Shown: piece by piece, positions 1 through 13,339 of the stretch
How the letters are laid out: every line of letters starts with the position of its first letter
Position numbering within the stretch: position 1 is the first letter of the stretch
Made by a program: the position numbers and the translations under genes
From: Mesotaenium endlicherianum
Lineage: Eukaryota
Length of the DNA stretch: 56,274 nucleotides
Assembly (NCBI GenBank): GCA_009602735.1
Contig: WELA01002181.1
Location: 62,733-119,006 of the forward strand
Direction of reading: 5' to 3'
The notes under the pieces: model-generated
Databases searched by the model: none
Told to the model about the DNA's origin: nothing
What the model saw: only the letters and a program-made list of their open reading frames with translations

Positions 1-1410
1 GCCCCTCCTCTCCCCTCCCCCTCCTTCCTGCCCCATCCACCTCCTGCTCCTCCTCCCGCTCCCCCTCCTGTCTCATCCTTCTCCTCCATCCTCGTCTCCC
101 TTCTTCCCGCCCCGTCCTCCTCCTGCTCCCGTTCCTCCTGATGCCTCCTCCTCCCCCTTTTTCAAGAACCTCGTTTCTCCCGCCTCAGCGCCTCCAAGGC
201 CCTCGTCTACCTCCTTCCTCCTCTGCCCCGCTGCCTCACATTGTCCCAGCCCTTTTTTCCCCCAGCTGGTCGGCGTCTGGTGGCGCCCAGTCCCGGTCCC
301 AGGCTTGTAGCTCAGTGAGAGCAGCACCAGGAGGAGGAGGAGGAACAGGGGCTAGTCTTAAATCCCGGATTTCGGATCCCGCCACATCTGTCGGCATTTG
401 GGAGCACTGGATGACCTATCGCGGTTTCAGCTTAGCTCGGGTTGTGCTGCTGCTGCTGCTGCTCATGCCCCCTGCTGGCAGGCAGCCGTGCGCTGCTGCT
501 GCCTCTGCTGCTTCTTACGGTGGTTGCTCCCATGCGCTTGTCTGCTTTCTTTTGGCGGGGGGGAGGGGTGGGGGTGGGCCGGNNNNNNNNNNNNNNNNNN
601 NNNNNNNNNNNNNNNNNNNNNNNNNNNNNNNNNNNNNNNNNNNNNNNNNNNNNNNNNNNNNNNNNNNNNNNNNNNNNNNNNNNNNNNNNNNNNNNNNNNN
701 NNNNNNNNNNNNNNNNNNNNNNNNNNNNNNNNNNNNNNNNNNNNNNNNNNNNNNNNNNNNNNNNNNNNNNNNNNNNNNNNNNNNNNNNNNNNNNNNNNNN
801 NNNNNNNNNNNNNNNNNNNNNNNNNNNNNNNNNNNNNNNNNNNNNNNNNNNNNNNNNNNNNNNNNNNNNNNNNNNNNNNNNNNNNNNNNNNNNNNNNNNN
901 NNNNNNNNNNNNNNNNNNNNNNNNNNCCCCCCCTTTTCCCCGGGGTCTGCCGTATCGGCATCCCCCTCTGCGCCTCTGGGTCTGCCAGATGAAAGGGCAC
1001 TGCAGGCACGCCTGCCTGCCCGACAGTGGTCTCTCACGCAGGCACGCACGCACGCATGCATGCGGCGCTCTGAGCCTCAGTGCACAAGATTGGAGCCTGG
1101 GAGCAGCCCTGCCGATTGGGCTCTGGGAGCTCGCGGCTCTGAATGAGTGGGAGTGGCATTGGCACGCTCCTACTCCTACGCGAGGAGCGGAGCTTGGAGC
1201 TGGGGCGCGGAGGGCACAGGCGGGACATACGCGGGAGGCTTAAGAAGAGGCTAGCCTCCTCTGTGGGGGCGAGCTGCTCTGCGCCAGGGTGGTGGGGTTG
1301 GGGGGTTGGGGGGGTCGTAGGGTGCCTGTGACGGACAGCGTGGAAGATTGCTGATGAGCGGAGCTGTGTCACTGGTGGTGGTGGTTTTTCTGGGGGGGGG
1401 GGATTTGCAG

Positions 1411-4400
1411 TCGGTGAGGATGGCGACGCTGGCGGTGGTGGCGTCGCACACCATCAATGGCGTGTCCACCATCCACACCAACCTCACCAAGACGCGCATG
1501 TTCACCGTCAGTCCCCCTCCCCCCCTCTTCCTCTTTCTCTCTCCCCTTCTCCCCATCCCTCTCTCGTGTGCTTGCGTGTGCACGCGCGTGCTCCCTCGCT
1601 CTCTCTCAGGAGTAAAGAGAGATTGCTCGGTGTGTTGACCCTCCTCCTGGCCAGAGCCGGCTCCACAACTGGCCACACCCTGCACCGCTCTCTTCCCCTT
1701 AGAAGTGACTATTGTAACCAGCCTTGAGCGAGGGGACAGCCTTCTTCTACAGGCCAGCGGTCGACCCTGGCGGCCTCTGCGGGCCTGTGTGCTCTCCCTC
1801 TCTTCTTTCCCCCGCCCTATCGCTCCCCCCTTCTCTCCCTCTCTCTCCTCCCCCCTCTTTGTATCTCTCCCTCTCTCTCCTCCCCCCTCTTTGTATCTCT
1901 CTCTCTCTCTCTNNNNNNNNNNNNNNNNNNNNNNNNNNNNNNNNNNNNNNNNNNNNNNNNNNNNNNNNNNNNNNNNNNNNNNNNNNNNNNNNNNNNNNNN
2001 NNNNNNNNNNNNNNNNNNNNNNNNNNNNNNNNNNNNNNNNNNNNNNNNNNNNNNNNNNNNNNNNNNNNNNNNNNNNNNNNNNNNNNNNNNNNNNNNNNNN
2101 NNNNNNNNNNNNNNNNNNNNNNNNNNNNNNNNNNNNNNNNNNNNNNNNNNNNNNNNNNNNNNNNNNNNNNNNNNNNNNNNNNNNNNNNNNNNNNNNNNNN
2201 NNNNNNNNNNNNNNNNNNNNNNNNNNNNNNNNNNNNNNNNNNNNNNNNNNNNNNNNNNNNNNNNNNNNNNNNNNNNNNNNNNNNNNNNNNNNNNNNNNNN
2301 NNNNNNNNNNNNNNNNNNNNNNNNNNNNNNNNNNNNNNNNNNNNNNNNNNNNNNNNNNNNNNNNNNNNNCCCCTTCTTTTCCCTGGGCCCCCGAATCGTG
2401 CGCAATCAATGCGCTGCACGTCCCCGTGCAGAACAGGGTCCTTGATTTGTTGACCGGCCAGCTGGCAAAGCCACGTGTCTCTCCCTCCCTCTCTGTCTTG
2501 CTAATCTCTTCTATCCTCCTCCCTCCCCCGCTCCCTCTCTTTCCCTCCCTCTCGGTGTGCTGCGCGCTGGCCTTCCCTCTTCAGCTGCACCGCACCCCGC
2601 CTTCACACTACCCACTCGACAGCCCTGCTGTTTGAACATCGGGGGGGAAGCGCAGCTTGTTGCGCACATATCCACCCCCGTGTGCACCTGTGCCTGTGCG
2701 CGTGTGCGTGTTTGGCCCGGAGATGCCTCTAAGCGTGTGGGCTGGAGTGTGTGCGTGGGCGTGGGCGTGGGCATGCTGGCTGGGGAGAGGGGAGCAGAGG
2801 CGGTGGCTGGCCTTCTGCAACCCGGGACTGGGCGACGTCATCACGCAGCGCCTGGGCACGGAGGCCTGGCTCACGGACCTGGACCTGCTGGCCGGCCTGC
2901 GCCAGCACGCCGACGACCCTCTGCTGCACCGCCAGTGGAACCTCGTGCGCTATCTCCCCTTTCCCCCCCTCCCCCCCCNNNNNNNNNNNNNNNNNNNNNN
3001 NNNNNNNNNNNNNNNNNNNNNNNNNNNNNNNNNNNNNNNNNNNNNNNNNNNNNNNNNNNNNNNNNNNNNNNNNNNNNNNNNNNNNNNNNNNNNNNNNNNN
3101 NNNNNNNNNNNNNNNNNNNNNNNNNNNNNNNNNNNNNNNNNNNNNNNNNNNNNNNNNNNNNNNNNNNNNNNNNNNNNNNNNNNNNNNNNNNNNNNNNNNN
3201 NNNNNNNNNNNNNNNNNNNNNNNNNNNNNNNNNNNNNNNNNNNNNNNNNNNNNNNNNNNNNNNNNNNNNNNNNNNNNNNNNNNNNNNNNNNNNNNNNNNN
3301 NNNNNNNNNNNNNNNNNNNNNNNNNNNNNNNNNNNNNNNNNGGGGGGGGGGCGGGGGGGCAGGCCCCTCAACGCTTAAAACCCAGAAGTGGGGGGGCTGT
3401 CGGGGTCAAGGGACCAACAAAGCGCTGACGGGCGAGCGGGGGCTGGGGAGGCGGCAGGTGAGCATCGACGCCATGTACGACATCCAGGTGAAGCGCATCC
3501 ACGAGTACAAGCGCCAGCTGCTCAACATGCTGGCCATCATCCACCGCTACGACTGCATCAAGGTCCTCTCCCTCTCCCCCTCGCCCCTGCTCCTGCCCCT
3601 GCTCCTGCTCCCGTTGTTGGACCTCCCCTTTTTCCCTCCATTGTGGCTGCTGCTTCTTCTCTTCCTGCTGGTCTCTGAATCCTTCCTGCTTCCTGCACGC
3701 CTCGTACTTAATGTGACACGCGTAGGCACATATGGATGGCCATGAGCACAGGCTGGTGTGCTTGCCTGCGTGGGTGCGTATGCACCACCACGACTCTGTG
3801 CGCGCTGCACGGGCGCAGTCCTCCTCTCTGCACAAAGGGTCGTGTCTCGAGAGAGCTGACGTGAGAACACCCCCTCGCGGCGCCTGGCGGCGGTGCTGGG
3901 GGCTGGGGCTGGGGCTGGGGCTGGGGCAGAACATGACGGCGGAGGAACGCAAGCACGTGGTGCCGCGCGTGTGCATCATCGGCGGCAAGGCCGCGCCCGG
4001 CTACGAGATGGCCAAGTGCATCATCAAGCTGGTGGACGCCGTGGGCCAGAAGATCAACAACGACCCCGACGTCGGCCACCTCCTCAAGCTCGTCGGCCAC
4101 CTTCCCTTGCCCCCCCTCCCCCTCCCCCTCCTCCNNNNNNNNNNNNNNNNNNNNNNNNNNNNNNNNNNNNNNNNNNNNNNNNNNNNNNNNNNNNNNNNNN
4201 NNNNNNNNNNNNNNNNNNNNNNNNNNNNNNNNNNNNNNNNNNNNNNNNNNNNNNNNNNNNNNNNNNNNNNNNNNNNNNNNNNNNNNNNNNNNNNNNNNNN
4301 NNNNNNNNNNNNNNNNNNNNNNNNNNNNNNNNNNNNNNNNNNNNNNNNNNNNNNNNNNNNNNNNNNNNNNNNNNNNNNNNNNNNNNNNNNNNNNNNNNNN

Positions 4401-7400
4401 NNNNNNNNNNNNNNNNNNNNNNNNNNNNNNNNNNNNNNNNNNNNNNNNNNNNNNNNNNNNNNNNNNNNNNNNNNNNNNNNNNNNNNNCTCCCCCTCCTCC
4501 TCCTCCCTCCCCCCAGGGCCGAATTAATCAGGAACAGAGTTGGTGTTGGAGAGTGTGTTCCAAAGCGTTCCCAAACTTCTGCTCTCCCCTCTTCTCTCCG
4601 AGACGATGAGCAGATAGGGTACTACAGGGTACTATATTACCATAAGCCAACCCTCTCCTCCCTCATCCCCTCCCCACAGATGAAAGCCTCGCCGTTCTGC
4701 TTTTGGGTAGAAGCATGTACCTTTGAGTGTCAGCCATGCCAGGAGCGGGCCTCACTGGGGACAGGCCGGGAGCCAGGCTTGCAGCATGCAGGAGTCTGGT
4801 TGCAGTAGCAGGCACGGGTTCTGGGGGAGGCGTGTGAGTGCACGTGGCCTTTCCCCAACCTTGTGGCGACAGCTGACCCATTGGGGAGGGCGAGTTGTGC
4901 CCTGCCAGGTGGCGCTCGTCCTCTGACCGCCTGGTGTAGCCCCTGCTGATCTTGTTGTGCTACAGAGAGAGCACTTGAGTATGCGTACATACGTCCGATG
5001 GCATCTGTGCAAGCCCTGTGCGTGTGACACCTGGCACGTGCATGTCTGTGTGCGACACGTGGCAGGTCTTTATTCCCGACTACAACGTGTCTGTCGCGGA
5101 GCTCATCATCCCGGCCAGCGACCTGTCCCAGCACATCAGGTGGGGACCTGACACGTGGCGCATGCAGCTCTTTATTTGGATACATACACACAGACACACA
5201 CACACACACACACACACAGTCATGCACTTTGCTTGTACTCACTTCAATGCAACTTCACATGCATACGCACTCCCTTCCACTGCTGTTCTTATTCTGTTGA
5301 CGGAGTATGAAGTAGCTTCCACCCCCTCCTTATGCAGCGCAGCCTTAGTGTTCTTCGGGCTGAGGTGAGATGAAAGGGCAGAGACAGGGCTGCCGCAAAT
5401 TGCGCTCTTAGTCAGTCAGTCAACCCTTGGCCTCGTCACCAGCACCGTGTCTTCAGCGGGACTCCCTGCCTCTCCCTGTGTCTGTGTGCGGTCGTCATGC
5501 ACGGCCTTTGTCAGGTGCAAGCTCCAGTTGGCAGTTGCGCAATTTGTTTTCCCCCTGGTGGCATGGGAGGCGCTTTCCCCCGCTACTGACGTATGATGGT
5601 GTCCGCAACAGATACAGACACAGAGGCGGAGGCAGAGGGGGAAGAAGAAGAGAGGCGCCTAACCACAGAATCTCAGTAGCTGCAGCAGCAGTAGCGCTAG
5701 CTCGCCGGACGATGTGCGCACGCGCTTATGTGTGTGCGCGTGTGTGAGTGAGTCTTCAGGCACCACCTGCCTGCCTGCCTGCCCTGCCTGCCTGCCTGCC
5801 TCCTCTGATTTGGAGCCGACTGTGTGGCTGGCTGTGGGGGAGCAGCCTGGCGGGCAACGAGGCGTCGGGAACGAGCAACATGAAGTTTGCGATGAACGGC
5901 TGCCTCATCCTGGGCACCCACGACGGCTCGACCGTCGAGATCCGCGAGGAGATAGGAGCCGAGAACATTGTACACACCTTCCCAGAGACACGCCCTCTCT
6001 GTTCCCCTTGTTCCAGTGTGCCCCCCGTCCGTCAGCTCTTCGCACCTGCATTGTGCTGTTAGTGTTGGGATACGTTGGTGCACACACACACACACACACA
6101 TGTTCCACACACAACACACACGCACACACGCAGACAGGCACACGCGCATGTATGCACGCGCACGCACGCTTACACACACGCACGCACATACACAGAGAGA
6201 GACAGGAATAAGTGGAAGAGAGGGAGTGGGAGAGATATTGTAAGTGCTCATTCTGCCCGAACTAGAGCCTGCAGCAATACGACTCTCGACCTGCATTTGC
6301 ATTTTTGTGAGGTGGAGGTACTTGCCCCTTTTATGCCCGCCTCTCTGCCATCACCCCATGGTCAAGAATCTGCCACTTGTCACGACTACCACTGGGGTAT
6401 TGCTGCATCTCTCATTGCGGACAGCAGCAGCAGCACCACAAGTGACCAGGCGGTTGCCCTTCAGACACTGAGAAAGGAGAGAAAAGCACGCTAAAGCCTG
6501 GTGCCATACGTTATCTGCATATCTTCGCTGCTGAACTCTCTCCCTCCTGAGCTCTCTCCCTCTGGACCTAATGCTTGCGTTGCCCCCCTGCTGCTCCTGG
6601 TGCTTGCTGCTGCGCAGTTCATCTTCGGCGTGAAGGCAGAGGCGGTCGCGGCCCTGAGGGAGGCCAGGCCTGGGCTTGTGCCCAGCCGCCGCTTCACCCG
6701 CGTCGTTGGGTACGTGCATGCGCCTGCGTTACTGCCGCGCTTCTCTCTGCCGGCAGCGGCGCGGCGGCACACCCCGTCTCCTGTCTCCTTCTGCATCTGC
6801 GTGTGCATGTTCATGCGCACCAAGCTTCTGCTACTGCTGCAGCAGCCGTGGGCACGAGCTCTCCAAGTCGGGCTCTCCGAAGCGTCCGCCTGCTCCTTTT
6901 CTCTCATCATCGCCTCAGCGGTGATTTCTTCTTCGCCCAGAGACTAAGCGCGCTCGGCTCAGAGCGAGGAAGCAAGGCAGAAGGTCCTGCTCGCTGAGGC
7001 GCTTCGCTGCTAAGGAGTCATAGTTAGCTAGCCAAGGGGCAGGGAAGTTTACGTTGCTCCTTTACTCTTCGTCGCGTCTCGTCTCGCCTCGTCTTGTTCC
7101 TGTCGCCTCCCTCATCCCTCTCATCCCTCTTCATCGCCTCTTGCCTGTCTTTGCCTCTCTCTGCAGCATGATAAGGAGCGGCTACTTCGGGTGGTCCGAG
7201 TACTTTGCCCAGCTGTGTGACGCGATCGACGGGCCAGGTGGCGACTTCTACCTGCTCGCCAACGACTTTCCCAGTTACCTGGAAGCCCAGGTATGCTTTC
7301 GCGCCCGCCCCTGCGCCCTTGCCTCTGACTCTGTCACTGCCAATGCTGCAGATGCGGGTATCACGGACGTGCTCGATGCTGGGACGTGCTTGGTGCTGCA

Positions 7401-7723
7401 AACGGAAAACGGCACTCGCAACTTTTGGCGTTCGCATGACAAGGCCCACATCATCGAATACGTTCATCGCCGCAAAGCCTACATGACGTGGTCTGGGCTT
7501 GTGCTCTGGTTGACATTCTTAGTTGGCATTGTCGAGGGTTGTTCTGTGGTGGCCGGCTGCGCTCCAACAGGCTGAGGTGGACAAGGCGTACGCTGACCGC
7601 ACGCGCTGGACGCGCTCGTCCATCATGAGCACGGCCGGTTCTGGAAAGTTTAGCAGTGACCGCACCATCAACCAGTACGCCACCGAGATCTGGGGCATCG
7701 AGCCGTGCACCCGCCCATTCTAA
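1411..7723 (+). CDS. Alpha-glucan (starch/glycogen) phosphorylase, 3' portion; 5' exons upstream of window or in gaps
   Basis: Exons 1411-1506, 2798-2944, 3458-3562, 3930-4091, 5066-5139, 5846-5969, 6618-6709, 7167-7290, 7571-7723(TAA), all GT-AG and phase-consistent. GT35 motifs: [51 protein letters not shown]-site [23 protein letters not shown]. At least two small exons are missing and probably lie in N gaps. Confidence 0.95.
3563..3929 (+). repeat. Phosphorylase intron with 5' (CCCTGC/TCCTGC)n tract and 3' (GGGGCT)n hexamer tract abutting the acceptor
   Basis: Hexamer repeats read directly at about 3583-3610 and 3895-3929. Confidence 0.85.
5183..5218. repeat. (AC)n microsatellite in phosphorylase intron
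   Basis: acacacagacacacacac... seen directly. Confidence 0.9.
6081..6195. repeat. Imperfect (AC)n/(ACGC)n microsatellite in phosphorylase intron
   Basis: Seen directly. Confidence 0.85.
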
Positions 7724-9663
7724 GATCACGTGGGACGACCTTTCTACTTGGTCTTACTCCTTTCCCACTGTTCTGCTTGCGGAGGGGCTCCGAAGGAACG
7801 AAGAACGTCCATTAAGTTGCGAAACTTTGCCCCTCATTATTGTTGTTGAACGTATATTTTTGCGCTGTAGTATCACTGCCGAACTTTTTACGGCATCAAG
7901 CTTGCACGAACAATATGCATATGTAGTTTTCTTTTGTACAGGAAGTTGATAAGCATTTCGGAATGCAATTTGCCGCTTTGAGCTTGGTGCCGAAGGCAAT
8001 CGGATATAGAGCATCTATGCGTCGCTATCATATGAGTCTCAATGTTGCTTGCAATTTCTGTATCCTGAGTGCCAGCATATGTAGTTGCTATTGCTGTTGA
8101 CTAAAAGAATGTTAGCATCAAGATCTTGCACAATATATCTTGCACATCGAGCTTGCACAATATACTCCAACCCACTGTCCGTACTAGCTCATCATGATTT
8201 GACTTGTAGAGTCATAAGAATAAGAAAAGTAGCGGGAAATTAGTTGGGCTTTTCCTGGATTTTCGCACTATATTTATGTCTCGGTAGCTTTCACAATTTT
8301 GTGCATGCTCACTAAATCGAGCACCTTCATATGACTTGTGGGACTACTTACTTGCAAAGCTCGCTACTACAGGGGCAGATCAGGTCATTATATGTCATGA
8401 ACAATTTTCAGAGGATTATTGACTTCGGTTTTTAAATGAATAAACACCTTAGTTAGTGAATTTGAATAACAGCTTCTTGAAATGGTGGGGGGGAAAATTG
8501 CAAGAACTTCACTTTTTGCGCTTTCATTGCGTCACTCCTGTAAAAGCTCCAAGTATGCTGTAGTTAGCACAAGAAAAGTCTTAAAGCATATTATATGGTT
8601 TAAATAAGCATAAAACACATCATCAAGGCACATTGCATAGTAAATTTGGTGAACGCATGTCTCTCAAGAAAGAGCAACAAGAAATAAAGACTGGCGTTGA
8701 AGGTCATAGACTACTTGTCGGTGTCTTCCGGCATAACCGACGTTCCACGGGAGGCAGTCCAGTTCGTATGTCTAGCAAATATGGTGTTGAAGAACGAGAG
8801 AAGGCATAGGGAAACATCTCACAGACACCCTGAATCTGTTTTAATACGCTCTTGCGTTGTACATTGCATGAGCGTCGAAAAGCCTTCGCTCACGTCAGAT
8901 ATGTGTTGTCATGACTCATGACGACAACGCCGAATCTCGAGTCTTGAAAGTTGAGTCTTGACTCTCAGTGACAACAGAATAGTCGTCACCAGCAGTTGTC
9001 GCTAGGTAGAGTCGTCATTACCAAAAGGCAGTAATGAACGGTAATGAGAAAAGTTTCACGACTTCACGTTTACTGATGTGTGCGAGTAGACCCGGGCGGA
9101 CCAGGGGCAGGCCGGGAGCTGCCGGAAAAAGAGCTTGTACTTCATTTTGCTTCTATATAGTGGAATTCACATGCAGTGAAATCGGAAATTTGGAGCAACA
9201 TGGAGCAACATGCATGGAGTGCTGAAGCCTTGGGGGTAAAGATTGGGTGAGGTAAAATTGGATGCAGATTGGAGGTCAAATGTGAACCCAAGTGTCGACA
9301 GCTTGATGTGCTCATATGGTTGTCGCCGCTGCCACAGGACCAGGACACAATCGGGCCTTAGGACGCAGCTACGTAGACGCTTTATACGATTAGCACGTGA
9401 AGTGTTATGAAAGAAACAACCCGTCAGACCGTCGAACTTTTGCAGGAGCTACCCATGTGGCGACCGGGTAAGGTACATTCTACTGCTTTCTGCTCCTCGC
9501 ACTTTATGCTGGTCGCAACATGTTGCACCATCGAGGGCCTCCTATACCATCCCGCACCATCGCCAGCCTCCCGCCTCGTCGCTGTCGAGGTAGGCCTGCT
9601 TACTTGGCGCTTAGAGTAGCTTTTTGATCAAGAAGCCCGTCGAACTTCACTTCGGCTTGCCGG

Positions 9664-9671
9664 TATATAAA
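9664..9671 (+). promoter_or_regulatory. Probable TATA box of the ELIP gene
   Basis: TATATAAA about 120 nt upstream of ATG 9791; a CACGTG G-box lies near 9394. Confidence 0.55.
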
Positions 9672-9790
9672 CCAGCTCAATCTGTGGAAGGTCATAAGCG
9701 GTTCTTTACGTTACAGCATTTGCATCATCCAAAACTCTCACAGCATCTGTACAATATACATTTTTGCTTCTATACGAACAACAAATTAGA

Positions 9791-11538
9791 ATGGCGTCCA
9801 CAATGGCAGCCCTTTGCAACCAGACCATTGTAGCGTCAAGCTTGAGTGCATTGCCGCACACCAGCAACTGCAACTCTTTGAGGTGGGCATTTTATGAAGC
9901 TAGATAGGATTCTTGATCTCTTAAACTGGACTTTTTTGAGGTTTAGTGGATCCATCATTCCGGTATACAACTTCATTGGATTTGCAGTTCCAGGCTTTTT
10001 TGGGCTAAGCTAATGCTGGTGGTAGAATGTATCGTCATGAAAGTTCTGCGCGTTGCTGAGGTTTGGTCGTGGCAAATCGTTCATTGAGAATGTGAAATAA
10101 ATGCTTTGCCAACGCTTCACATATTCACCGAGCTTCGAAGTTTCTGCTCTGAGCAGGCAATCAGTGAAGTTTGCTCCTCTACGTCAACGCAACGCCGGCG
10201 TTATGTGCAAGGCTGAGAACGACCCCATTGGAGCTGTAAGTTCGTCAAAATGGCCCCAGGATCTCTTTAAGATAGAGAAGACCTTATGACACTAAGGAGT
10301 GTGAAGTAGTATGTAGCTCAGTAAATATAAGATTGATCTACTGCCTTCAAAGTTAATTGTGTAGAAAGTTGGTTGTGAGGACAGTTATCGTTTACATCAT
10401 GTTTTTTGACTTTTATGTGTCAAACTAAGTCGGAAAAAGAATGTACATGGGGGGGGGGGGAGACGTTTACATGAAAGTGAAGGGGCAATGAAGTGTCATA
10501 GTAGCAGGAGAAAAATTTCTTGAAAGGGACATCTGAGTCTTCAGTGTGTGCCATGATACAGGCAAAGGATCTAGTGTCTGGAACGAAGAACACTATTACG
10601 GAGGAGAGTGTTCGGAAGAACATGGAGCAGAACGAATCAGAGAAGCAGTCCGTTTTTGGTACAAAGCCAGTCAGCGGTTCATTTTACCCCCGCCCTGAGA
10701 ACGAGCGCCGTCCTGAGTTGGGTAACAAAAATTTTGGCAGCATCATGGCCTTCGATGGCCCTGGTCCAGAGACCATGAACGGCAGACTTGTAAGTGATCA
10801 TCAGCTTCAACATGTTGGTGTGCTTTTCCCTGTTGATTAAAGGTTTCTCAGAGGTAACACTTGTGAAATGTATTTGTTGGAGGAGCTGAATACTCTCAAA
10901 AAATTGGTTTTTGCTCTTTTCCTCGATACGCACAAAATAGCTGACTAGGCTTTCAATCTTTATTCAATACTGAACATTTGTGTGCAAACTCTGTAAAACT
11001 TTGCAGGCTATGCTTGGATTTGTCTGGGCCTTCTTTGCTGAGAAGTTGTCGGGAAAGCCTATCTTTGAGCAAGTGTTTGAGCCAGGCAGCCCAGGCCTCT
11101 TCTGGCTAATTGTTGCCACAAACTTGACCATCTTCGCCACCCTTGTGCCCATCTTTAATGGAGAGTCCCCAGACAGCAGGAGGTATGTCGCATCAACTCT
11201 GACTGGTACTTTCCAAGTATATTATGAATAGTCTTTCGACTCTAATTGAAGATATAGTTGTAGGAGGTATTGCTTAATTCACACTCTGGTAAATGGTGGA
11301 AAAAATTTTACATGTGAAATAATGAAAAGGGGTGAAATCTTTTGTGATTTTATATACTCGATCAGGAGCTAACTTGATTTAATGAATATGGAGCTAATGG
11401 GATGTGATGCATTCTTTTATGAGCAGCAATGGACCTTTCACCGCTCGTGCAGAGCGCTGGAATGGACGTATTGCAATGGTTGGCTTTGCTGGCCTCCTGG
11501 CTTTTGAGTACTTCACAGGCCGCGGATTCTTTGCTTAA
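9791..11538 (+). CDS. ELIP: Early light-induced protein (three-helix LHC-like protein) with plastid transit peptide
   Basis: Exons 9791-9882, 10157-10235, 10562-10789, 11007-11182, 11427-11538(TAA). Motifs IMAFDGPGPETMNGRL|AMLGF and FTARAERWNGRIAMVGF; Ser/Ala-rich N-terminus MASTMAAL. Confidence 0.92.
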
Positions 11539-12606
11539 AGCAAGAAACTCCTTTGTACCATAGCTGAAAAGTTGTACTACTAGAAATTCATTTTGGTGTA
11601 CAAATAGCTAGTTTAGTGTACCCTGTTACTTTTCTGAGCTGTTTGAAAGTGGAAGAGATTTTACAGTGAGATTTTGCAGTAAGTTTGTATTTGTACGTTG
11701 GAAGGTTTTCATATGAGAGTATTTTTCATTATCATCTTGTATGTAATTACCATTGACTTTTGTGACTGTCAGTTCCTAAAAGGCAACAAATAAGGGTTAC
11801 TACATGATTGCACTACAAATAAATTTTGCAAGTAGAAGTTTGCCCCTAAAAGGGGAAATAATTTTATAACTTGTGCATTTGGGTCATATAGAAAAAACTT
11901 ATTTTTTTCCTATGCACGTAGAAAACGCATGCATTTATATGCCATATGAATATTGTAATATAGAAATCGGCTTTTTATGGGGAATCAAAATCAAACTTGT
12001 GCATATTGTACAGTAAGTTGTGTATATATCCGGTAATACATTCGAATGTAGTGTGCAACTCTTACTTTTACATTGAAGTGGGTGACTAGTATAAGATTTG
12101 TCCCATACATCCCTACTTGAAATCTTGCACATTATCTAAATGCGAACCATTGCAGATTTTTCTTAGGATCCTCCTTCGCCACTATTTGCCACTGAGATAT
12201 GAGATGCATAAATAACATTTGCGTGAATTGCAGCGTATGTCTATTGGGTGTATTGAGCAGAACAGCTACTTTTGTGTTGCATAATTTGGATAATTACATG
12301 TCAATTCCGTACAATCATCATCCCTCATCACTTCAAATCTGGCCTATTATTAATAATACTTGAAAACCATGTTCCACTTTCTGCTGTGCCACAAGCTCAA
12401 ATTACATGAAAAGCAAAACTATGTACATGTGGTACAGTCTATATATAATAATACTAAATCGCCATCAACAATATTTAGAGTACATACATACACAAACCTT
12501 TTAGCCCTACTTTTATAATTATATCATACATTACAAAGAAATTTTCACTCCTGCTCTGCCATCTAAATGTCAGAAAGACATGTTCTAAAATGCTATATTG
12601 CCCTAG

Positions 12607-13339
12607 CTACACTTCAATTTCTTTCTCAATCTGTAAGTAGACGTTTTTGGCTTCACTCATTTCAATACTACCCCTCGATGTTGCATTCCCTTCTGCATCT
12701 TCCTGCATAGTGCACTCAAAGAGGAGACTGATGAGTATAATGGGTGGCCTGAAAATTACTGGCAGCACAAAGAAGTGTTTGCGTACAAAGAAGTGCTGGG
12801 CAAAGGCCCGGTAATGACAGAACCAACTGGTGAAGTATCTATCAGCAGAACAAGTGGCAGACATGGCAGAGAAGGAAGAGTATATACCAAAGCAGCCTGA
12901 AGATCCTCCATAGCTCGCTCAAGTCGCTTTCGGCAATCAGGAATCATCATGCGTGTCTCTTCAACAACAGAATCCTGTCAGCAATGCAAGGAAATTGACT
13001 CATAAGTTTTTAGTTGGTACAAGTGTTAACGAGCTATGCTGAAAGACCCAACAGTAGAAAACATCTCTACCACTTTAAGATCTCGTCATGGCTCGTATGG
13101 TGGTATCACTGCTAAGACTAACAATAATAGTCAGCCGACCTTGAGGAGCCTGATTACAAACATTATAAGCCCAATGTGTTACCAACCTGTTGCTTCAAGT
13201 CATGAGCCTCACGCCCTGCAGCTTTCATGGTCTCTGCCCTAGCCTGCTCCTGCTCGAGCTCTTTCTCATAAGTATGTAGCTCTTTAAGAATACGCTTACA
13301 AACACTCGCCTTTACCTTAAGCGCCTTACTAATATCCAT
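12607..13339 (-). CDS. TBCA: Tubulin-specific chaperone A (tubulin folding cofactor A), 111 aa
   Basis: Exons 13339-13187, 12974-12888, 12702-12607. Sequence LKVKASVCKRILKELHTYEKE...DLKQQ|DSVVEETRMMIPDCRKRLE. Confidence 0.93.

Noticed and set aside
141..4808. Long ORFs spanning N runs (also 32571-35315, 50553-51275)
   Set aside because: Artefacts of translating through gaps and low-complexity intron sequence; the real exons are short and spliced.
8121..8165. Three CTTGCACA units; also ttcaaac repeats near 27600
   Set aside because: Short local slippage duplications, not CRISPR or satellite arrays.
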